Source: Eledone cirrhosa
Taxonomy: Eukaryota
DNA length: 64,000 nucleotides
NCBI GenBank assembly: GCA_964016885.1
Contig: OZ024742.1
Coordinates: 77,190,001-77,254,000 of the forward strand
Direction of reading: 5' to 3'
Both the position numbers and the translations under genes were made by a program. Numbering within the stretch: position 1 is the first letter of the stretch; each line of letters opens with the position of its first letter. Of the stretch, positions 53,807 through 64,000 are shown one piece after another. The notes below the pieces were generated by a model. That model saw only the letters and a list, made by a program, of their open reading frames with translations, ran no database searches and had not been told where the DNA came from.

Positions 53807-53904
53807 ATACACAAATATCAAATTGCAAATATGTTTTCGAACAAGCGATTTAAAAAAGGATTGTACATATTATATAGAAAGTGACTCAGCCATACACACA
53901 CACA

Positions 53905-53949
<45 letters not shown>

Positions 53950-53971
53950 ACACACACACACACGCACACAC

Positions 53972-54008
<37 letters not shown>

Positions 54009-55545
54009 GCTGGTATTTTCTTTGATAATTTGTCTCTATGTCCTTCCTCTTCATGTACAGCTAACGTGTTCTCCTTGCTCTGTGTGACTGTGTTCAATAC
54101 TATATGCTCCATATTTATCTATGTTCATAACATTAATATTCCATTATTATTCAGTTATAGCCGTTTTATTGTTCCCTCGACAAATACATTACGTCGAGTC
54201 AAGAACATCTCTTATTTCACAATCGAATTCCTTCCTGTGCTGCAACTTCGTCTGCTGTAGCGGCGATCTTATCTGTAATGCTGCTTTCCGTTCTCGTATG
54301 GCTTGTGATTGAGTTGGTAGCAGATGTAGTCCTATTGGCGGTGATGGGGTTGCTGAAGTATTACTACTCTTAAGTTGTTACTATTGATGTATTTTGTTAA
54401 TATTGTCTGAATTGATACCTCAAATTATACAATATATTTCAAAGTATTCAAAACTTAAAAATCTTAGTAGTAAGCGGTGTTTCTTGCTGTGAGAAAGATT
54501 AATGTTGTTATAGATTCTGATAATTTACCTCTGGGATTTGAAAGTTATCTCGACAGTGGCGGCAAGGATGGTGTATTTAATATTTTATTTTATTTTAAAA
54601 ACGAAACATTTAGATATATTCTGGGCTGATTTAAAAGCAAGGACCTCGGCGATTCTTCAAAGTTATTGACTGCATAGATCATATTATTAATACAATTCCA
54701 GGGCACCTATGTAAATTCCCTGTACATGTTCGCTGCATTCTTTGATCAATATGATGATACCTATATAAAACCGAAAGGGAAAATGCAATTATTAGAAGAT
54801 TAATATATTTTTATATAAATTATTTGAGGCCGAGGGCAGAATGACATATTTAATTGATGTATGAATATTTATAATTATTTATGGATTAAATTAGTGTTTG
54901 ATAATGACATAAAGACTGCAATAGTTCAGATCGTGTTTTGATAAATGTAGCAAATATACACTCAATTAGATGAAAAGCTTCAGTATATTTACATTGTTAG
55001 GTGTTTGGTGATAGTGTGATATTATTACACAAGAATGTTCGCGTAGAATAGTTAATAATTGTTTTGTTAATTTTTGTTTATTAAAATAATATTTTCCAAT
55101 ATTATTTATTATTTTACTTTATTTTCAGATAGATTTTATCAGCTTATTTCAGATTCCTCTCCCAAATTTAACAACAATTGACAGGCGAATAAAAGCGGAG
55201 AGAAGAATTAAATATATGAGCTCTATTTGAATAAATATACAATAGCCAAAGAATGGTTAGCAGAGTAACACTTAACTATCGTCGAAATGATTTTAGTATC
55301 AGTCAGGGAAATTTATTTTAAAAGTTTACAATAGATGATCAGTTTTGAACAAACTGTAGTAGTCATGATTCGTGCAGATATATATTTCTATGATCGGAGT
55401 GTACTTAAAATTTCTTCTCTTCACTAACTAAAATTATAAAATAAAAAAATTTAATTAAATTATTCACAGACAGACACAGACGCGCACAAACAGACACACA
55501 GACCGACAGACAGACACGAAGATACACACACACACACACATATAT

Positions 55546-56856
55546 ATATCACGATAAATTAACTGTGCAATAGACTCTCGTTATTCCCTGTCAATAATGA
55601 GCTCAAAGGAAAAGGAATCCTGAGCTCTTTAAAATACAATATGTTGAAAAGGTAACACACTAGAGAGAGAGAGAGTGTGCCCTCAATAAGACAGGGAAAA
55701 ACCACCAGTGTATGGAATCTATAATCTATGGAAGGCAGGGTAGACACACAATAATTAAAAAATATAAATTAAAATGTATATACGCACCTCTATAACTATA
55801 TACCACACTCGTACAAATCCAAGGAGATCTGTTACGCCAGGAAGTTGTTGACTGAAATGGAATAGCCTATGGTTCATCAGCGCGTGCAAGACTATACATA
55901 CCAGACAACTCTAAGAGAATCTAAAGCGACTGTCCAGCTACACGCGGCAGAGAGGTGTCACAGCGTGTTTAGGGCAGTGAACCAGAGGTATCTGAGGGAC
56001 GAGCTGCTAGAAAGGGCAGCCGAAAAACCACTCAAAGAAGTGTGCTCAACCAAACAGAGAGAGAGGAAAGACTGTTATAAGGAGCGAAATATCACGATAA
56101 ATTAACGGAGCCATAGACTCTCGCTATTCCCTGTCAATAATGTGCTCAAAGGAAAAGGAATCCTGAGCTCTTTAAAATACAATATGTTGAAAAGGTAACA
56201 CACTAGAGAGAGATAGTGTCCCACCAATGAAACAGGGAAAACCACCAGTGTATGGTATCTATAATCTATGAAAGGTTGGGTAGACACACAATAATTAAAA
56301 ATATAAATTAAAATACGCACCTCTATACCTATATAACGGACGTGTACAAATCCAAAGAGATCTGTTTCGCCAGGAAGTTGTTGACTGAAATGGGAGTCTA
56401 TGGCTCCGTTAATTTATCGTGATATTTCGCTCCTTATAACAGTCTTTCCTCTCTATCTGTTTGGTTGAGCACACTTCTTTGAGTGGTTTTTGGGCTGCCC
56501 TTTCTAGCAGCTCGTCCCTCAGGTACCACTGATTCACTACCCTAAACACGCTGTGACATCTCTCTGCCGCGGTCGCTTTAGGTTCTCTTAAGGTTGTCTT
56601 GTATGTAAAGTCTTGCACGTGCTGATGAACTATAGGCTATTCCATTTCAGTCAACAACTTCCTGGTGAAACAGATCTCTTTGGATTTGTACGCATATCTT
56701 ATATAGTTATAGAGATGCGTATATACAATTTAATTTATATTTTTTTTCATATGGTATCTACCGTGCCTTCCATAGATTATAGATTTCATACACTCGTGGT
56801 TTTCCCTGTGTTATTGATGGCACACTATCTCTCTCTAGTGTGTTACCTTTTCAATA
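55546..56856. repeat. ~543 bp monomer in tandem (1.6 copies) plus an inverted copy, HHR-like motif in the monomer
   Basis: ATATCACGATAAATTAAC at 55546 and 56089. 56394-56856 is the reverse complement of ~55640-56120. CTGATGA...CCTGGT-GAAA-cagATC at 56622-56676. Confidence 0.9.
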
Positions 56857-56858
56857 TA

Positions 56859-56900
<42 letters not shown>

Positions 56901-56905
<5 letters not shown>

Positions 56906-57702
56906 GTTTGGAGTTGGAAGGCCAAGACAATGCAGGTATGGATATAGAATATAAATGCAAATGCAAAAGATATTGTTGACAATTAGTATTTTACCTTAAA
57001 TTTATTTAAATATCCTTAGTTTTCGAGATAATATCTCTTCTTCGGAGGGAAGTAAAGGGGTTAATCCAGTGTTCTAATTAGCTTGCCAAGTCATGCTGAC
57101 AGGAAATGGTATGGGAAATTCCATTCTATCTCTAATGTCAAAGAGTGAAGGTTAGGCCGATAAAGAGTTGTCTTCCTTTAAAAGGGGTTTTGTACATGTA
57201 TGTTTAAGTGTGTGGGAGAATATGTGGAGGCGTAAGTATGCGTGTGTGTGTGTGTGTGTGAGTGTGAGAGGATATGTATTTATGTAAATGTGGGGGCTAA
57301 ATGCTCTATCATGTTAAAACTGGTCTTTGAGTGTGTATATGTGTATGTGAGAGAGAATAAGTGGAGGTGTAAGCGTGTATGTGTGTGTATGTGCGTGTGC
57401 GTGTGTGTGTCCGTGTGGGTGTGCGTGTATGTGTGAGAGTGAGGGGGGTGTAAGTGTGGGGCTAGATGCTCTATCATGTTAAAAATTGGATGTTGAGTTC
57501 TAGTCTATTATTGATTGGTGGTTGTGTTTTGTCTATAATCAGTGCTTCCTTACAAACCTCGGCAATCTTAGAATTAAGGAAGCACTGATTATAGACAAAA
57601 CACAACCACCAATCAATAACAGACTAGAACTCAACACCCAATTGTTAACATGATATAGCACCTAGCGCCACACTTACACCCCTCTCTCTCACACACAGAC
57701 GC

Positions 57703-57772
<70 letters not shown>

Positions 57773-58107
57773 GCTTACACCTCCACTTATTCTCCCACAC
57801 ACTTAAACATACATGTACAAAACACCTGTTAAAGGGAGACAACTCTTTATCCACGTAACCTTCACTCGTTGACATTAGAGATAGAGCGGAATCTCTATAC
57901 CATTTCCTGTCAGCATGACTTGGAAAGCTAATTAGAACACTGGATTAACCCCTTTACTTCCATCTGAAGAAGAGATAGTATCTCGAAAATTAAGGATATT
58001 TAAAAATGTAAGGTAAAAGACTAATTGTCAGCAATATATTTTGCATTTTCATTTATATTCTATATCCATACCTGCATTGTCTTGGCCTTCAAACTCCAAA
58101 GGTTTAT
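56901..58107. mobile_element. 1.2 kb palindrome of two head-to-head Penelope 3' ends
   Basis: Arms 56901-57552 and 57575-58107. The centre encodes NLRIKEALIIDKTQPPINNRLE (GIY-YIG C-terminus). HHR core CTGAAGA-aGAGAT-agt-ATCTC-GAAA at 57964, with a CCGAAGA variant on the other arm. Confidence 0.85.
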
Positions 58108-58146
58108 ACCTCATTACGCAATATTTCAAGTAAACTACAACTACCT

Positions 58147-58201
<55 letters not shown>

Positions 58202-58699
58202 GAACAAAGAATCAGTGTTGCATATACATATTTAATTACCCACTACATATGTTTTACTGTCGATCAGCTCGAGGAACGATCTATTAATTATCCAACCTCA
58301 CTCTGGAATCGGAAGCTGCTCAGATATGTTTTAACATGTAGACTCGAGTCAGACGCGTGTCAATATAATGATGTACCGATAACGAACTGGGGGCGTTTAA
58401 TATACTTATCTAAAATTTACTAGAAGTGAACCTAAATTAGAAATCAATAAATGTGTTCCCTTTTGCAGTGATAACATGTGAAGAGATTCGAAATATAAAA
58501 CGCCCATAACAAGGGAACTGTACATCTCTACTGAAATATGTTCAGTAGTGCTCACATAAAAAAGCTGTGAAAAATAATATACATTCCAATAACTGATTAA
58601 AACGTAATACCTTTTAACAGATTACTAAACTTACGTAAAATGTATATGTATCGAATACCTCCGGCGGTCACGAATGACTGTGATTTGTCCCTAGAAAGT

Positions 58700-58955
58700 T
58701 TCTCTCTGAGGCACAAGTACGGGCAAGGTTCTTTGAGGAAGACAAGCAGTCGCCCATGCACAACCACCTCCCCACCCCACGCCACCGATGATGTCCAAGG
58801 GAAAGGCTATGGCCGATACAGCTTGGCACCAGTGACGTCGCAACTCATTTCTACAGCTGAGTATAATGGAGCAACGAAAAACAAAGGACATAACGCATCA
58901 CCCGGTCCGCGAATCGAACTCACAACCTTAAAATATCAAGCCCACTGCTCTAACT
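58700..58955 (-). mobile_element. tRNA-derived SINE (second family)
   Basis: Minus strand GTTAGAGCAGTGGGCTTG...GTGAGTTCGATTCGCGGACCGGG, a tRNA-like head with B box. Confidence 0.7.
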
Positions 58956-58982
58956 TTATATATATATATTTAGAGAAATATA

Positions 58983-59080
<98 letters not shown>

Positions 59081-59147
59081 TACATACACACACACATATA
59101 TATACATACATATAAATATATATATACATATATATATATACACATAC

Positions 59148-59262
<115 letters not shown>

Positions 59263-59848
59263 CACACACACACACATATATGTATATATATATTTACATT
59301 TGTGCATAGATAGTTATACGTGTATGCGAAAGTACGTTTGAGTGTGTGTATCTGTGAATATGCCTGTGCCTGTGTGCGTTTATTTCCCTTTGAGTGAATT
59401 TATTGGGGGCAAAATAAATTCTGAATTGGAAATTAGATACATACCAATATATATACATTTCTATCTGTGTGTACGTGTTTGTGTGTGAGTGTGTGTTAGT
59501 GTGTGTGTGTGCGTGTGTGTACGTGTGTGGGTTTGTGTGTCTGTGAGTGTGTATGTGTGTGTGTGTGCATATGTGTGTATGTATTTATGTATATGTATAT
59601 CTTGGTTTGAAATGTTTTTATCACATAACATCTCTTCTATGCATCCACTCTTTGCAATACCAAATGCTAAATAAATGTAATAACACATTATCTCCAATCC
59701 TTTAATCATGATATCAATAGCCATTAGGTATACTCTCAGATATCAAATATATATGAGTCTTGATACAAAACCACTTAGAATATAAACTAATTCTAATGCA
59801 TTTTGAATGTTTCTCCCTGTCTCTCTCTCTCTCTCTCTGTCACACCCT

Positions 59849-59935
<87 letters not shown>

Positions 59936-60089
59936 GTATATATATATATATATATAAATATATATATATAGAGAGAGAGAGAGAGACACTCATAGAGAGA
60001 TTGGGAGAGAGGGATGAATGAGACGATAGATAGAAAAACACTCATATAATTGTATATATATATGTACTTATACATATATATATATGCAA

Positions 60090-60130
<41 letters not shown>

Positions 60131-60184
60131 TATATTCATGTGAGCGTAAACGTATTTGTTTCTATATCTTTCTCTCTCTTTCCC

Positions 60185-60267
<83 letters not shown>

Positions 60268-60753
60268 GAAACAATAATAGCCTATCTTCGCACAATGTTT
60301 TTATGTGTCAGAAATAGCATTCATAAATCGGCATCAACTAGTGACACCTAGATATCTAGGCGGAGAGGAAGAGAAAGGAAAAATTAATTTCAATTTGCGG
60401 TTTTATATTTTCTCTTCTATTATTTCTCTTTGTGTAGACTTACACAAAGATTACTTCATTTCTGGAATTCATTCATATAAAAACTCAGCGTCCTTGTAAT
60501 CTCTCCGTCCTGTTAACTTTTACATCAAAGAAACTACTGCAGCGCTTTATTGAGCAGTTAATGTATTTCCCGCCTTCAACTTTCCTCAAATCACCTACCT
60601 TCTAATATACAGATATATCGAATATTTCGTTCTCTATTGATTCTATGTCGTGCTATATTTCATTTTATTTTATTCAAATGAATATGAATGATTTTGATAT
60701 GTGTCTCGCTATGGTTAATGTTTCTTTTCAAGCGACTAGCAAATACATAAATA

Positions 60754-60786
<33 letters not shown>

Positions 60787-60828
60787 TTATACGTACACAC
60801 ACACATAAATGCACACAGAGACCCCACC

Positions 60829-60956
<128 letters not shown>

Positions 60957-61084
60957 AAAACCGAACAGTCCCATTTCCCCAGTCAACCAATGGAAATCGT
61001 TACGGTTTCATTTCATTAATCTTGATACCGTTTATTATTGTGCACATATGGGACATAGTAATTCAGGTAGATAAAGGTTATACC

Positions 61085-61835
61085 TACAGGCAAATTTCAC
61101 AACTATAGAGTCACCAAGATGTTAGTAAAATGAAAAAAAATATAGAAAGGAGAGAAATTGAAAAACAGAAGAGAATGATAAGGACTAGAGCCGAAAATGC
61201 AGACAAAGAAGAAGGACTCTGAGGCATAGAACAGTTAAGAATTGAGAAATGAGGAAAGCATACCAGCGCTACGATGTCTTTTATACGATAGTTTGAAATA
61301 AAGCCTGCATGACTAAGTATTTAGAATATAAATTCAAATTATGTTGTGCATAGGACATATATATATATATACATACATGCACACGCACACACAGATATAT
61401 ATATATATATAGTCAAAATGGGACAATGGAAAACACAGACAATCCCATCTTATCAGTCAACCTCTGGAAATAAATACGGTGTCTGTGCATTAAGATTGAT
61501 ACAGTTCGTTCCAGTGCAGAGATGGGACTGCCAGTCTTTCCGTTGCGTTTCCTCCTTGTTTATGTCCTATGCACAACCTAGTTTGAATTTATATTCTAAA
61601 TACTTAGTCATGCAGGCGTTATTTCAAACTATCGTATAAAAGACATCGTACCGCCTGGTATGCTTTCCTCATTTCTCAATTCTTAGCTGTTCTATGCTTC
61701 AGAGTCCTTCTTCTTTGTCTGCTCTGTCGGCTCCAGTCATTATCATTCTCTTCTGTTTTTCAATTTCTCTCCTTTCTTTACTTTTTTCATTTTACAAACA
61801 CCTTGGGCACTCTATAGTTGTGAAATTTGCCTGTA
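61085..61835. repeat. Inverted duplication (61085-61359 and 61561-61835)
   Basis: Reverse-complementary ~275 bp arms. The spacer holds a diverged direct copy of ~60955-61060. Confidence 0.88.
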
Positions 61836-62266
61836 CTATGTCCCATATGAGTGCATGTGTATATGTAGGTATGTATGTGTGTATGTAGGTATATATATAT
61901 ATATATACCTACATACACACATGCACACACACACGCATGTCACCCCCTACCCCCACCCCCACACACACACATATATATATGCATGAATTTATACACGTTT
62001 GTATATTTTTAAAAGAATTTGTTTTGAACCAAAAAAGAAATCACAATTATGCTAGCATTGGCACAGTTTCTAATTGCAGAATTATAAGTGCAGAGACACC
62101 TTGTGTTTCTATTCTGTATGGTAGTATTGTCTGTGAAATTCTCAAATTCTATAGCAGCAACTACTATGGTGGGCGTTATTACCAGTGAAGTAATTAACGC
62201 TACATGCTATCTTTCGTTATTAATTGAAAGCAGACTTAACAAGTTTTAAGATAATAGTTTTATATA

Positions 62267-62314
<48 letters not shown>

Positions 62315-62490
62315 GGGGGGGTCTGTGTGTGTGTGTTTGTGTGTGTTTGTGTGTGTGTGTTTGTGTGTGTATGGATGTGTGTTTGTTTGTGTGTGTATGT
62401 ATTTATATATACAGGTACGTATGAATGTATATGAGCGTGAAAGTGTGTATGTATATACGATGCGTATGTACACACGTATATGGACACACT

Positions 62491-62557
<67 letters not shown>

Positions 62558-62732
62558 ACACATATATATATATATACTCACATGGATACCTCAATAGCAC
62601 TGTTGTTGTAAAATGTCGAAGCACAGATTATATTCACATTAGACCATCAGTAGAAACAATTAAGTTAGCAGTGACTGTTTCAACTGGAATCAACTTGATT
62701 AATACCGGAATTTGACTGAAATTATACTAATG

Positions 62733-62796
<64 letters not shown>

Positions 62797-64000
62797 TATA
62801 CACACACACACACTCACACACACACACTCTCATACACACACGCACACATATATATATATATATATTCAAATGGCATCCAACATACACATCTATTATCGCT
62901 GCTAGATTCTTGGAATTCCATTCAACAGCGAATAATATTAGCTCGCCGATTTGAAACTCCATTAATACGATACGAGATTTCGGGTGATACTTAATATTAA
63001 TGTACAAAAGTTATTCTGTTAAAATGCGCACTTCACAACTTCATATTTCTGGCTTATACGTAATACTTTAACTCGTTACTAGGTTTAGTTCTATGACTGT
63101 TTTGCGCAGAAGTACACATAAGTTTTCAGCTATATAGTTGAGTTAGTATACGTGAGACTTTCTGAAGAACAATGTAAATCGGAACGTTGAATCACTTCAG
63201 TTTATGCTAACATTTATCTCCAATATAGGATAATTAAATACCGATGATATATATATACTGTCGTTTACATGGTATTGTCCACCAGAAATCTATTGGAAGC
63301 GGTGCCTCATTAGATGAATAAAATATTCAGATATATTTAGTAAGTATGCTCTGACATTTCCCTCATTTACAATATGTTATTGTGCCCGACGTCGAATTGG
63401 GATGTACGCATGCGCTATCTGGAGCATCTTCTCGGAATAAAGATACCACTTGACATTAGCAAAGATATTTGATAAATGATTATATTAAACGCTCTCTTCA
63501 GCAATTGAATGCAAAATCAATCAAATTTTGCAAATGTTTCCATCAACAATCTACTCAAGTGTTCTTCTTTACTGCACTTGCAACTGGTTTCAATAGTAAC
63601 ACCATATCAGCCATGAAATCATTTTGTCCTCTCCTGTTTCTTGTTTATAAGTAATCTTTTGTTACCCACAAAGAAAGTTTTATGAATGTCATATTATATT
63701 ATTTGTAAATGTTGTGACTTTATTCTTCATAAATGATTATTTAGAAAAGCAAAATTTGGCAGCAGATGCGATCCATACTACAAGCCAAATTTTGAGAGAA
63801 ATAAATAGCATTTCTCATTTCTAGGATTATTCTGAATAAATAGATTTCCAATTTCAGGTCTCTTTTTTCATTCGGTGTTATATTTAGTCATTTATTTACA
63901 TTTAGAGATATCACGTTATAGAAATATTGTTTGGCTGTAAATGAGAGCGATTTAGGACCTGAATGATATAAATTGTAAACGTTTATATATTTTAAGATAA

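Noticed and set aside
54180-54410. Moderately GC-rich stretch resembling an exon
   Set aside because: Stops occur in all minus-strand frames tested and no motif or consistent splice pair is present.

Overview
This is eukaryotic, AT-rich, microsatellite-saturated DNA made almost entirely of repeats. The SINEs and the (TA)n/(CA)n load resemble octopod cephalopod genomes (inference). I found no convincing conventional host gene, and most ORFs in the track are microsatellite artefacts. Recognisable elements are a 5'-truncated Tx1/L1-clade LINE, three Naiad-type and one Neptune-type Penelope-like elements (PLEs), several short PLE-derived pieces, RTE relics, a mariner relic, tRNA-derived SINEs and a MITE. 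Two things go beyond routine annotation. (1) About ten hammerhead-ribozyme (HHR) motifs, some with a U3-A8 compensatory core or a long stem II insertion, sit in PLE ends and in ~540-560 bp tandem monomers. They accompany a dense series of fold-back inverted duplications anchored on (TA)n tracts. (2) A compact island at ~34.1-37.4 kb holds a three-exon SGNH/GDSL hydrolase gene with 55 and 57 nt introns, a convergent BACK-like ORF, an inverted-repeat-bounded GC-rich segment and Helentron-like terminal signatures. It may be a cargo-carrying mobile element of unrecognised type. All calls were made by eye, and element boundaries are approximate.
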